Positions 40,503 to 51,067 of a stretch of DNA of 64,000 bases are shown piece by piece. How positions within the stretch are numbered: position 1 is the first letter of the stretch; every line of letters starts with the position of its first letter. Below the pieces are notes generated by a model that did no database searches, was not told the DNA's origin, and was given only the letters and a program-made list of their open reading frames with translations. This stretch comes from Nitrospirota bacterium (GTDB lineage Bacteria; Nitrospirota; UBA9217), in assembly GCA_963845065.1 (NCBI GenBank), contig CAWJQQ010000006.1:32001-96000 (forward strand), in the 5' to 3' direction. The position numbers were made by a program, and so were the translations under genes.

Positions 40503-41837
40503 TTAAAACGGCATCTTGCCGCCGAACATTTTCCCCATTCTGCCCATCTTGCCGCTCGTCATAGACTTCATCATCTTTCGCATCTCGGCAAACTGTTTGA
40601 GCAGCCGATTCACGTCCTGCACCTGCGTACCGCTGCCTTTCGCGATGCGAGCCCTGCGGCTTCCGTTGATAAGTGTGTAGTCGGAACGCTCCTTAGGCGT
40701 CATGGAACTGATGATTGCGTCCACCTTTGTCAACTCTTTCTCGTTCACCTGAGCATCGGGAACCTTCATCCTGCCCATCCCTGGGATCATGCCCATAATC
40801 TGTTCTATCCCCCCGAGTTTCTTCACCTGCTTTAGCTGGTTCCGGAAGTCGTCAAGGTCGAAGGAGTTCTTCTTAAGCTTTTTCGCGAGCTTGAGCGCTT
40901 CTTCATGGTCTACAGCATCTTGAGCCTTCTCAATGAGCGACAGAACATCGCCCATGCCGAGGATGCGCGAGGCCATGCGGTCCGGATGAAACGGTTCGAG
41001 GGCATCGAGCTTTTCGCCTATGCCCACGAACTTGAGCGGCTTGCCGGTCACTGCTCTGACCGAAAGCGCCGCGCCGCCGCGGGCGTCGCCGTCGAGCTTG
41101 GTCAACACCACGCCGTCAACCCCTAGGTCGGCATTGAATTTCGAGGCGATGTTCACAGCTTCCTGGCCGGTCATCGCATCTGCAACAAAGAGAACCTCAT
41201 GGGGCTTCACTCCGACCTTAATCTTCCGAAGCTCTTCCATGAGCGGTTCATCAATCTGGAGCCTGCCAGCTGTGTCGAGGACCACAACTTCGAACAATGA
41301 AGAAGCTGCTTGTTTTACTGCCTCACGGCAAATGGTGACGGGGTCCTGTTCGTTAGTAGTGTAAGCATCAACCCCTACCTGCTTGGCGAGAGTGATGAGT
41401 TGCTGGACTGCCGCCGGCCTGCGCGTGTCTGCCGGAACAAGAAGCACCCTCCGTCCGTCTTTCTTAAAATTCTTTGCAAGCTTCCCTGCCGTAGTGGTCT
41501 TCCCCGACCCCTGCAGTCCAACAAGCATGATGATTGTCGGCGGGTTTGGTGAGAGATAAAGTTTGGCCTGGGTGCCACCCAAGAGAGTCACAAGTTCGTC
41601 ATGGACAATCTTGATGACCTGCTGACCCGGCGTAAGGCTGGAAAGGATCTCCTGCCCTATTGCCCGTGCCTGGACTCGTTCGATGAAGTCCCTGACGACT
41701 TTAAAGTTGACATCGGCCTCGAGGAGCGCAAGGCGTACCTCGCGGAGGGCGTCTTTAACATCTTCTTCCTTCAGGACTCCTCTACCGCGAAGCTTCTTGA
41801 AAACAGACTCTAATTTACCACTTAAGGAATCAAACAT
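40503..41837 (-). CDS. ffh: signal recognition particle protein
   Basis: LLEADV, GLQGSGKTT, DTAGR, TKLDGDARGG, RILGMGD, Met-rich M domain. Confidence 0.98.
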   Translation of the reverse strand: MFDSLSGKLESVFKKLRGRGVLKEEDVKDALREVRLALLEADVNFKVVRDFIERVQARAIGQEILSSLTPGQQVIKIVHDELVTLLGGTQAKLYLSPNPPTIIMLVGLQGSGKTTTAGKLAKNFKKDGRRVLLVPADTRRPAAVQQLITLAKQVGVDAYTTNEQDPVTICREAVKQAASSLFEVVVLDTAGRLQIDEPLMEELRKIKVGVKPHEVLFVADAMTGQEAVNIASKFNADLGVDGVVLTKLDGDARGGAALSVRAVTGKPLKFVGIGEKLDALEPFHPDRMASRILGMGDVLSLIEKAQDAVDHEEALKLAKKLKKNSFDLDDFRNQLKQVKKLGGIEQIMGMIPGMGRMKVPDAQVNEKELTKVDAIISSMTPKERSDYTLINGSRRARIAKGSGTQVQDVNRLLKQFAEMRKMMKSMTSGKMGRMGKMFGGKMPF

Positions 41838-41866
41838 GGAAAACACCTACTCGGCAAAGAATATTG

Positions 41867-41895
41867 AATATATAAGATAAGTCCATTATTGTCAA
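41867..41895 (-). promoter_or_regulatory. sigma-70 promoter of the ffh operon
   Basis: TTGACA-N17-TATATT 30 bp upstream of ffh. Confidence 0.65.
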
Positions 41896-41957
41896 GGATT
41901 TTCTCTATATTTCCATTCTAATTTATAATTCTTAGTTATGTCGGAGAACAAACTCAT

Positions 41958-43191
41958 GTGAACTACCTCGCCCCTTACGAAAGAAGCTTCTTGGTTCATT
42001 GAAGGGCATTGATGTACAGCCTCTCCCCAAGCGTAGATTTCGGCAGTTCCTGCCGTAGACTTTCTCAGAATATTTATTGCAGCCTTGTGGTCACGGTCCA
42101 AAACGGTCTTACAGAAAGGGCAACTATGTACCCTTTCGGCAAGCGTTTTGGGGACTCGTTCTCCACTACAGCTGCAAATGATGCTTGTGTGGTGAGGAGC
42201 GACTTTCTCAAGCTTGCACCCAGCTTCTTCCGCTTTGTATGCGATATAATTGAGAAATTGTCCCGATCCAGCATCTGATATTGATTTGGCAAAGTAATGG
42301 TTCTTTACCATACCTATAATTTAATTAATTTTTTTAAAATCGGCACGTTGGCTGCGGACCTTCCGGTAAAGCTTCGCAAGTACGACGCGAGACTTTCCCC
42401 TGTTTTTAGATCCTTTTTTCTTTGCGGAATGCCTGCGTTGCTTCTTCTTAAGTTTTCTCTCTGCAGTTCACAGGTGTCTGAGGTTTTCTGTCGCTTCGCC
42501 CGTAGAAATAAGGACAGCGAAGTTATAGATGCCTACGTCTATCCCGACGGCCGTATCAGATGCAGGTCTGTGAATTGGCGCATACTCAACGCCGAAGCAG
42601 GCATACCATTTGTCGAGTTCTCTTTTGACCGTGCAGGTTTTGATATCTCCAACGATAGGGCTGTGAAGCTTTGCCTTGATGGTTCCTATCTTGGAAAGTT
42701 TAAGACCCTGCGGCGTTATCTAAAACCCTGGAATCCGTGGATAATAGATGGAGTCGTACTGCCCTATACTCTTAAACCTTGGGTAACCGGCATCCCCGGA
42801 CTTGTCTTTAACCCCGCGAAAAAAATTCAGAAAGGACCGGTCAACGCGAAACAAAACATTCTGCAGGACTTGGGAATGGATGCCATCAAGGGAATTTATT
42901 CTGGTTTTGTCGCTCTTAAGGATCTCTTGCTGTCGTATCCTGGTAAGCCCTTTGCCGGCTTTTCAAATGCGTTTTTTCTGTCTACGATACATGAATTATA
43001 GAGTATCCGACAGGCATCAAGCGTTTGAGTGAGAATCAATGTCTGTTTTTTCGTAGGATAAAGGCGGTACTTATAAGTTTTTATTTTCAACATTGCATGC
43101 AGTACCGTAAAAGATAGCACATGGATCAAATCTTGTCAAAAATGTCGCCTTTCATCCCCTCCCTTTCGGAAAGGGAATCCTCGGCGGTAAG
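41958..43191 (-). mobile_element. tnpB: IS200/IS605-family tnpB-only element, copy 1 (tnpB decayed)
   Basis: follows TTTAA, left-end hairpin, tnpB homology with frameshift, stops and deletion, ends GGTAGTTCAC; boundaries set by comparison with copy 2. Confidence 0.9.
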
Positions 43192-43396
43192 TTAAATTAT
43201 CATACTATTGTTTAAATTAATTCTGGACAACTTTAAGAAAAAAATAAAACACTAACACTACCCGACACCTTGAACAGCGTAAGCATTCGATGCTATTGTT
43301 GAGAATATTGGTGTCAAAGAATCCTTTTTTTGTTATAATGCTTCCGCATAAAGCGTCTCTTTCATAAAACCATAACTATTGAACAAGGAGGCATGA

Positions 43397-43858
43397 ATGA
43401 AGCACATTCCGTGGATAATGGTCTACTTCGCCTTGCTTCTTCTAGCAGGATTTCCGTCGCAGACATGTGCCGCACTCCACGATCGTCAAGATCACTTTCA
43501 GGAACCCGTGCAAGCATCAGCAACAAATCCCCTTGTCGAGGAAATGAAGACTCTGGACAACGCGTTTCGTGATATCGTTTCTGCCGTGGCGTTGAGTGAT
43601 ACAGCAAAAGTACACGCATCGCTGCAGTCCATGCTCGGCTCCATGGAAAAGACACGTGAAGGCATTCATACCGGAACGGTTATTCTCCCCAAAAATGCGT
43701 CACGCAACAAGGAATTCATCGGGAGGGATATAAAATTTCACGAAAAGCTCGATGCTCTCGATCGAGCTGCCCAACGTAATAATCTGCATGAAATGCTGCG
43801 AATTACAAAGCAGCTCCTTGATGGATGCGTTCAGTGCCATCAAACATTTAGGAAGTAA
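43397..43858 (+). CDS. monoheme cytochrome c, class II (cytochrome c'-like)
   Basis: signal peptide, helical body, single C-terminal CVQCH. Confidence 0.82.
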   Translation: MKHIPWIMVYFALLLLAGFPSQTCAALHDRQDHFQEPVQASATNPLVEEMKTLDNAFRDIVSAVALSDTAKVHASLQSMLGSMEKTREGIHTGTVILPKNASRNKEFIGRDIKFHEKLDALDRAAQRNNLHEMLRITKQLLDGCVQCHQTFRK

Positions 43859-44089
43859 CGGGACATTTCATCGCATTTATTTTTTCACATATCCCTCTGC
43901 TCACTGCTCATGGCTGCCCTGCCGTTATGATAGATCAGACGGGCCTGTGGAACATTATCATCGGTAAATATGCACTCACAACGCGAAAGCATGTGAGGCT
44001 TCCCGTGCTATTTCCCTAGAGAGATACGGCTACACGACAGGTATGATAAAGTTTTTTGCTTTCATGCGTCTTTCGGTTATAATGGTTCC

Positions 44090-45076
44090 ATGCCGATCCG
44101 TAAAATTCTCAAGACCAACCCCTTTGTCCTGGCACCTATGGCCGGAATTACCGACTTTCCCTTCCGCATGATCTGTAAGGAATTCGGCGCAGGACTCGTA
44201 TTCTCAGAGATGGTGAGCGTCGAAGCCTTGATTCGCGAGCACAGGCGAACGTACAACATGTTGCGTACAGATCCGGCCGAACGGCCAGTCGTTTTCCAGA
44301 TTTTCGGATCGAAACCTGCATCGATGGCAGAGGCAGCGCATATTGTTTCCCGGGGCGAAGTGGATTTCATCGACATCAATATGGGTTGCCCTGTGCCAAA
44401 GATATTAAAGTCGGGCGCTGGTGCAGCCTTGCTTCGTGATATCGGGCTCGCAAAAGAGATCATGTCCGCTGTTGTGAGCGCATCGAAAGTCCCGGTTACA
44501 GTCAAGATGCGCCTCGGTTGGGATTCTAGAAACATTGTAGCCGTTGACATCGCACAGGCAGCTGAATCCATTGGCATCGCGGCTGTCACCGTGCACGGAC
44601 GGACGAAGGTCCAGGGTTTCTCCGGTAGCGCGGACTGGAGCATGATCAAGCATGTAAAAGACTCCGTCGGTATCCCAGTGATCGGAAACGGTGACGTGCA
44701 TATGGCCTATGATGCAAAGAGAATGATGGAGGAGACCGGCTGCGACGGCATCATGATCGGCCGAGCGATCCAGGGATACCCTTGGATTTTTCGTGAGGTG
44801 AAAAGTTTTTTTGAAACGGGCATCGTGCCGCCCCCTCCCACGATCGAGGAGCGCAAAGCTGTCATGGTGCGACACCTCAAGGATATGGTTAATCTCGTCG
44901 GTGAAAACATCGGCGTCCGGGAAATGCGAAAGCACCTCTGCTGGTATACAAAAGGACTACATAATGGCGCGGAATTTAGGACGAGAATCAACCATCTCTC
45001 GCATGTCGATGAAGTAAAGCGGGCAATACGAGAATTATTCGAGGATGTGCAGAGCGGCGTCCCGGCGTCTCCATAA
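44090..45076 (+). CDS. dusB: tRNA-dihydrouridine synthase B
   Basis: LAPMAGITD, IDINMGCP, VHGRT, IGNGDV, MIGR, MRKHLCWY. Confidence 0.95.
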   Translation: MPIRKILKTNPFVLAPMAGITDFPFRMICKEFGAGLVFSEMVSVEALIREHRRTYNMLRTDPAERPVVFQIFGSKPASMAEAAHIVSRGEVDFIDINMGCPVPKILKSGAGAALLRDIGLAKEIMSAVVSASKVPVTVKMRLGWDSRNIVAVDIAQAAESIGIAAVTVHGRTKVQGFSGSADWSMIKHVKDSVGIPVIGNGDVHMAYDAKRMMEETGCDGIMIGRAIQGYPWIFREVKSFFETGIVPPPPTIEERKAVMVRHLKDMVNLVGENIGVREMRKHLCWYTKGLHNGAEFRTRINHLSHVDEVKRAIRELFEDVQSGVPASP

Positions 45077-45195
45077 GACTTAATCTTGCATTTTCGATGC
45101 ACTAGGTGCATTGTATAATATATGATTCAGTGGGTAACATTGAACATGCATGACATCAAACGCATTACATATTGTTCGTTAGGCAAGGAACACTA

Positions 45196-45570
45196 ATGTC
45201 GCTAAAAAAAATACAGCCGGAAGAGACCATCATCGCCGAGGCTCGGCGTATCAGAGGCCTCCGTGAAAAGGAATATCGAGAACTAGCGCTCAAGATGTAT
45301 CCGCACATCTGCTCACGGTGCGGACGCGAATTTTCTGGCAGGAAACTCCGCGAACTCACGGTCCATCACAAGGATCATAACCACGATAACAATCCGCCCG
45401 ATGGCAGTAACTGGGAATTGCTCTGTCTCTACTGTCACGACAACGAACACCAGAAGTATCTCGATCAAGAATCCTTCAGCCAGGGAACCCCTGGTAGAAA
45501 CCATGAGAAGCCATCGACCTATAAGCCGTTCGCCGCTCTTGCGGATTTGTTGAAGGATAAGGAGAAGTAA
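45196..45570 (+). CDS. yajD: YajD-family HNH nuclease
   Basis: YRELALK..P.ICSRCGREF, LTVHHKDHNHDNNPPDGSNWELLCLYCHDNEH. Confidence 0.92.
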   Translation: MSLKKIQPEETIIAEARRIRGLREKEYRELALKMYPHICSRCGREFSGRKLRELTVHHKDHNHDNNPPDGSNWELLCLYCHDNEHQKYLDQESFSQGTPGRNHEKPSTYKPFAALADLLKDKEK

Positions 45571-45789
45571 ATCAAGCTGATGATCGGACCAACCCCCTGT
45601 AACGAGCAGGCAACTCTGTCTCAGGCCCTCAGGCCAAAACCGATAGATGAAATCTTATCATTCGTCGCTTGATATTGCAATCTCGACATCGCCCGTTCTA
45701 GGAGCAGGCAAGCACCCGGCCCGACTTAATCCGCCAGGTAATGGGGAGGACAAACAAAGATTTTACCCCATGACTTTCTCACCGGAACC

Positions 45790-46147
45790 TCGTATCTTTG
45801 GATTCCATTGAAACCCACGTGATCATTTTTGAAATGATAACGGACATTCAGGAAAATACAATGCAGCCGACCAGCCTTTTGTGTCTGCACCTTTTCAGGA
45901 TTTGACGAGAGACACTTACGAACAACATAAAGCATGCCCACGCCAAAAAGGTCACGTTAAATCTTTATGTCATAGGAGAGCGCCTCGAGGTTACAGTCAA
46001 GGATGACGGGCGGGGATTTGACGGATCGCAAGCGCCAGAGAGGGGAGAGGCATAAACAATATGGCAAAGCGAGCTGCTGATATGGGAGGTTCCGCCACGA
46101 TTACCAGAGAACATGTCACGTTCATCACAATAAAGATAACGCAATGA
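45790..46147 (+). pseudogene. NarX/UhpB-type histidine kinase HATPase relic
   Basis: LFRI*RETLTNNIKHAHAKKV (N box), VKDDGRGF (G1), frameshifted RGINNMAKRAADMGG (G2); 5' limit approximate. Confidence 0.8.
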
Positions 46148-46316
46148 ACAACAATGTCGATTAGACGGTATCACCGTTAAGGGATGTGCCGGAGTAATCA
46201 TGATGATTGATCTTAACCTATCCCATCAGGAATCCATTGGACAGAAAAACAACTCGTATTCCAGTGGTGACAAAAGAATGACGAAATACCTTCACGATTG
46301 TGAATCTGGTCCGCAA

Positions 46317-48212
46317 TCACCGTTTTAGCGCTTCCAACTCTTCCCACCGTTTATAAACCTCGGAAAGCTCTTTTTCTATTGCCTCAAGCCGTGCATTCGT
46401 TTCCGCCACCTTTTTACCGCTCCCAAGATAAAAAGTGGGATCTGCCATGGTGGCCATGATCTGCTGTTGTTCGGCATCGAGCGCTTCAATGCACTTTGGT
46501 AAAGCGTCAAGCTCTTTCTGCTCCTTAAAGGTCAACTTGCGAGGTCTCTCTTTTTGCTGATTCGGCACAGCTTTTTGCTCTTCAGGTTTTACTGAAACGA
46601 CAGAAGCTTCGCTCTTCCTGCGGCTCTGTCTTAACCAGTCGTCGTACCCACCCACGTATTCATTCACTCTGCCTTCTCCTTCAAGCACGAGCGTGCTGGT
46701 GACCACGTTGTTAATGAACTCGCGATCGTGGCTCACGAGAAGTATGGTGCCTGGATAATCCATCAGGAGTTCTTCGAGAAGATCGAGGGTTTCGAGGTCT
46801 AGATCGTTCGTGGGCTCGTCAAGTACGAGCACGTTAGAGGGCTGGGTGAAGATCTTTGCCAGCAACAGCCGGTTACGCTCTCCGCCTGACAGGACTTTCA
46901 CGGGACTTCGAGCACGGGCAGGCGCGAATAAAAAATCCTGTAAATAGCCGATGACGTGGCGCCGGTTACCGTTAACTGTAACGTGATCGCTTCCATAGGC
47001 GACGTTGTCCTGAACGGATTTCTCATCGTCGAGCTGGGCACGGTGCTGATCAAGGTAGGCCACCGCAAGGTTCGTACCGTGTTTCACCTTGCCTTTTTGC
47101 GGTTTCAGTTCGTTCAGCAGGATTTTGAGCAGCGTAGTTTTACCCGACCCGTTCGGACCGATAATGCCGATTTTGTCCCCGCGAATTATCGTTGTTGAAA
47201 AATCGCAAATGACTGTATGGTTGTCGTATGATAGGCTTACATTAGTCGCTTCTATGACGAGTTTTCCCGTGCGCTCAGCTTCCTGCATTTGCATGCGCGC
47301 TGCCCCTGTCAACTCCCGCCGCTGGCTCCGAATGGTGCGGAGTTCCTTAAGCGCCCGCACACGGCCTTCATTCCTTGTCCGGCGCGCCTTGACGCCCTGG
47401 CGTATCCAGACCTCTTCGGCGGCAAGCTTCTTGTCGAACTTCGCATTCTCCACTGCTTCCGCGTCGAGTGTCGCCTGCTTGAGCTCGAGGTAGGTCTGAT
47501 AATTCCCGGGCCAACTTGTTAGCCGCCCCCGGTCGAGATCAACGATCCTAGTTGCTAGTTTCTGAAGCAGCGCGCGGTCGTGGGTCACGAACAAAATCGT
47601 GCCGCCGAAAGTCAGCAGAAACTCTTCAAGCCAGCTGATGGCATCGATGTCCAAGTGGTTCGTGGGTTCATCAAGAAGAAGTAGGTCTGGTGCGCTTGCC
47701 AGCGCTTTCGCGAGCAAAACGCGGCGTTTGAGGCCGCCGGAGAGTTCGGAGAACTCAGCGTCCTCGGAAAGTTTAAGCCGCGTCAGGATCTCCTCGACGC
47801 GCTGCTGCATATGCCAGCCTCCGGCCGCTTCGAACTTGTGCTGGACATCTTCGAGCTCAGCCATAAGCTTTTCACTGTGGTCATGGGCCAGGCTAGCGCT
47901 CACGTGATGATATTGGGCAAGCAGTTTCCCTTGCTCGCCAAAGGCGCCTGACACAACGTCGAACACGCTGCCGATGAGTTTCTGAGGGACTTCCTGTGCC
48001 AGGAGTGCGATGCGAACATTCTGTTGAAAGACTATCTTACCACCATCGGGTCTCACTTCCTCGGTTATGAGGCGCATGATCGTGGATTTGCCCGTTCCGT
48101 TTCTGCCTACGAGGCAGACCCGTTCCCCCCGATCGATGGACAAATCGACTCCGTTGAGAAGCAGGGGTCCGCCGAAGCTGACGTTGACCCCCTGTAAACT
48201 AACTAATGCCAT
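46317..48212 (-). CDS. uup: ABC-F ATPase (Uup-like)
   Basis: two NBDs (GRNGTGKS, GPNGSGKT), DEPTNHLD, WIRQGVKARRTRNEGRVRAL linker, C-terminal coiled coil. Confidence 0.93.
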   Translation of the reverse strand: MALVSLQGVNVSFGGPLLLNGVDLSIDRGERVCLVGRNGTGKSTIMRLITEEVRPDGGKIVFQQNVRIALLAQEVPQKLIGSVFDVVSGAFGEQGKLLAQYHHVSASLAHDHSEKLMAELEDVQHKFEAAGGWHMQQRVEEILTRLKLSEDAEFSELSGGLKRRVLLAKALASAPDLLLLDEPTNHLDIDAISWLEEFLLTFGGTILFVTHDRALLQKLATRIVDLDRGRLTSWPGNYQTYLELKQATLDAEAVENAKFDKKLAAEEVWIRQGVKARRTRNEGRVRALKELRTIRSQRRELTGAARMQMQEAERTGKLVIEATNVSLSYDNHTVICDFSTTIIRGDKIGIIGPNGSGKTTLLKILLNELKPQKGKVKHGTNLAVAYLDQHRAQLDDEKSVQDNVAYGSDHVTVNGNRRHVIGYLQDFLFAPARARSPVKVLSGGERNRLLLAKIFTQPSNVLVLDEPTNDLDLETLDLLEELLMDYPGTILLVSHDREFINNVVTSTLVLEGEGRVNEYVGGYDDWLRQSRRKSEASVVSVKPEEQKAVPNQQKERPRKLTFKEQKELDALPKCIEALDAEQQQIMATMADPTFYLGSGKKVAETNARLEAIEKELSEVYKRWEELEALKR

Positions 48213-48516
48213 GAAGCACCCTGTTCTTTCTTAAATATTGTGCCCGCATAATGTACCGTGTGCAGTCTATAATTGCAATTAAAATCATGCAAAGGCAAAT
48301 GAAACGGCAGAGCCCGAAAGCCGGGGACACGCAGATGAACGTTGGATAAAAATAATTCGGTACGAATCACATGTGGGTATGTTGACAATAAACAGACGAG
48401 GACAATTCGGAATAAAACCGTGTTACAGAAGTATCAGGGAAGAGGAACAGAGTGGTCGTTAATTTGTAGCATATACTTTATTCCGGTGAATGAAGCCTTC
48501 GCACTGGTGAAATAGA

Positions 48517-48672
48517 ATGAAGATATCGACTTTTTTTATAGTAGCATCGTTCTGCCTCACCTATCTATCCGTGATAGGTTCCTTGATAGTTTATATTTTC
48601 AGATGTTTTGTTCTTCTCCCCGCATTGGGAAAAATTGAAAAAATCTGGAAAAGAAAGTTCACGTGTGTTTGA
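48517..48672 (+). CDS. possible small membrane protein or truncated relic
   Basis: 51-aa hydrophobic ORF MKISTFFIVASFCLTYLSVIGSLIVYIF in an AT-rich gap; no clear RBS. Confidence 0.25.
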   Translation: MKISTFFIVASFCLTYLSVIGSLIVYIFRCFVLLPALGKIEKIWKRKFTCV

Positions 48673-48914
48673 CAATTTTCTTTACTGTGAAAGCACTCTT
48701 AAGGAATTAAACAAAGCCTCTAAAGATCCGGCAGTCTAGTCTTTACAGGGGTTCATATAATTCAGCGAATATGACTTTGTATTTAATATTATTTTATTGC
48801 TGTTATTTTCCAATATCAGTTAACCTCTCGTCTGCTGTCAATCACAGTGTGAAGAGTAAGCATATTCTGCTGCGCACTGTCGGAGAACGAAGGTATATTC
48901 ACGAATCGCGTCCG

Positions 48915-49337
48915 TCAGTCGAGTACAGATGTTTCCCGACGCATTCGCTTGACCTCGCCTCTCTTCTTTTTCCCTTCGATGCGCCTCTCTTTCGCCGCTT
49001 TTGAAGGCTTCGTCCTTTTCCTCGGTTTAGGTTTGTACACGGCCTGACGTACCAGCTCAACTAGACGCAGGATTGCATCCTCGCGGTTCCGCTCCTGGGT
49101 CCGGAACTGACGCGCTTCGATAATGAGAATTCCGTCCTGGGTGATCCGTCTGCCTGCCAAACGGATCAGGCGGGTGCGCACATCACCCGGCAAGGAGGGC
49201 GAGTTCCCCACATCGAACCTTAGCTGTACAGCGGTAGCGACCTTGTTTACGTTCTGGCCCCCGGGTCCCGAAGCACGGACAAAGTTAAGCTGGATTTCAT
49301 TCTCAGCAATTGAGACGGTACGCGTAACGTTTATCAT
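48915..49337 (-). CDS. arfB: alternative ribosome rescue factor B
   Basis: RASGPGGQNVNKV, RTQERNR, basic C-terminal tail. Confidence 0.96.
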   Translation of the reverse strand: MINVTRTVSIAENEIQLNFVRASGPGGQNVNKVATAVQLRFDVGNSPSLPGDVRTRLIRLAGRRITQDGILIIEARQFRTQERNREDAILRLVELVRQAVYKPKPRKRTKPSKAAKERRIEGKKKRGEVKRMRRETSVLD

Positions 49338-49390
49338 GGCCTCACCTTAAGTTAGTATGGACAGCGGTTAACCCCCGTTACATTGTCCGC

Positions 49391-50101
49391 CTAGAACAGC
49401 TTCGAGACCAGCGCAGGCACAGCTGTCTCGACACTCAAAATTCTTTTACCTATCTGCACAGGGATAAATCCGCAGGAAATGAGGTTGTCGATCTCATAGG
49501 TGATAAATCCGCCCTCGGGTCCGATTGCAAGAACCGCAGGCTGTTTGATATCGCGGGGGCAGGGCTCTGAGGCATGTGGGTGGGCTACGATGGAAAACGC
49601 TCCTTTGATGAGACCCGGAAGCTCATCTTCCAAAAAGGGCTTGAATAATGGCCTAAGAAGTACCTCAGGAAACACCGTATCCTTTGCCTGCTCAAGTCCG
49701 ATGACCAGCTGTTCCTGCAGGCCCCCGCTTGACAGCACCGGGCTCTGCCAAAAGCTCTTTTCTACCCTGGAAGAATTAAGCAGAATGATCCGCTGCACTC
49801 CCAGAGAGCTGGCAGCCCGAAGCACTCGCTTTAAGACCTTCGGCCTCGGCAATGCCAGGATAAGTGTGAGAGGAAGTTTTGGCGGCGGATCCTGTTCGAA
49901 TTTTACCTCCATTTCTAGTATAAAAGGCTCTAGTTGTATTACTCTGCCGGCACCGATGCGGCCGTTCAATATACCGATACAGAGTTCATCTCCTATCTGT
50001 GCCCGATGGACCTCGAGCACGTGCATAAGTCGCCGTCCTTGTAAACGTACGCGATTCGTGTTGTCTATGAAATCTTCTTGGAAAAGAAGGATAAGATTCA
50101 A
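49391..50101 (-). CDS. rsmE: 16S rRNA m3U1498 methyltransferase family
   Basis: LALPRPK, IGPEGGF, RILSVETA. Confidence 0.88.
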   Translation of the reverse strand: MNLILLFQEDFIDNTNRVRLQGRRLMHVLEVHRAQIGDELCIGILNGRIGAGRVIQLEPFILEMEVKFEQDPPPKLPLTLILALPRPKVLKRVLRAASSLGVQRIILLNSSRVEKSFWQSPVLSSGGLQEQLVIGLEQAKDTVFPEVLLRPLFKPFLEDELPGLIKGAFSIVAHPHASEPCPRDIKQPAVLAIGPEGGFITYEIDNLISCGFIPVQIGKRILSVETAVPALVSKLF

Positions 50102-50112
50102 CTGAGTTCTCC

Positions 50113-50958
50113 TCAGAGAGTATCGATGTATTGCGCCATTTTTTTTCTCATGCGGTTATCGGGCAGGGTGCCATACCCGGCTTTCCTATCGTCCAAAAGG
50201 TGCTCAGTGTTTCCTGTGGCGGGGATTGCACATGTTACCGTCATATAGGACAAGATGAATTTCAAAAAAAACTGCGACCAGCTGGCACATTCGATTTCTT
50301 TCGCCCAAGGCGGCAAAGGTTTCCCCCGGACCCTGCCGAAGAGATCTGCCGTTTCGAAGGGCCTGTTCACGATCACGCCGATGCCAAGGTCCGCCGCTAG
50401 CGGCAGCAAACGCTCTTCCGCTTCGCGCTTAACAATGGAGTAGTAAATCTGAATGAAGTCTGGATGAGCGGCTTTCATAACATGCTCCATCGTACTGAAC
50501 GCGGACGTTGAGTAATGTGTAACGCCTGTATACCGGATGCGTCCCTGCTCTTTCCAGGAGCGGAGCGTCTCGAAATGCGTTTCCCAGTCCCTAAGATTAT
50601 GCACATGCATAAGGTCGATCACGTTAGTCCGGAGCAACCTGAGCGAGTTGTTCATTTGGCGAATTCCTGGTTCTCTTCCCGTGGTCCAGACCTTGGTTGC
50701 AAGAAAGAGAGAATTACGCACGCTAAGATCCCGAGCCAGCTCTCCCACTACTAGTTCAGCGCTACCATACATGGGAGATGAATCAACCATCCCGCCGCCT
50801 ACCTCGGCAAAAAGCCTCAGCACTTCCTTCAGAGAATCGCGGTCGGCCTTCGATTGTCCGACGTCGAAAACGCTATACGTTCCGAGCCCGACAACAGGAA
50901 TCATTTCCTTTGTGCTGGGAATGGGACGCTTAAGAATTTCAGGTTGCGGTACAATCAT
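50113..50958 (-). CDS. aldo/keto reductase
   Basis: GLGT, DSSPMYG, LATKV, DLMHVHN, IPAT. Confidence 0.92.
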   Translation of the reverse strand: MIVPQPEILKRPIPSTKEMIPVVGLGTYSVFDVGQSKADRDSLKEVLRLFAEVGGGMVDSSPMYGSAELVVGELARDLSVRNSLFLATKVWTTGREPGIRQMNNSLRLLRTNVIDLMHVHNLRDWETHFETLRSWKEQGRIRYTGVTHYSTSAFSTMEHVMKAAHPDFIQIYYSIVKREAEERLLPLAADLGIGVIVNRPFETADLFGRVRGKPLPPWAKEIECASWSQFFLKFILSYMTVTCAIPATGNTEHLLDDRKAGYGTLPDNRMRKKMAQYIDTL

Positions 50959-51067
50959 AGCATTCTTACCTACTTCGTATTAATCCTGAATGTGCGGTTA
51001 ATTAAAGATTGACACGGATATGACAACCTTAAGCGAAAAAAAAGGTTATTATTTGGGTAAATTTTAA

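Noticed and set aside
45097..45111. ATGCAC-TAG-GTGCAT palindrome as an NtrC site
   Set aside because: Half-site spacing is too short for the TGCAC-N7-GTGCA consensus
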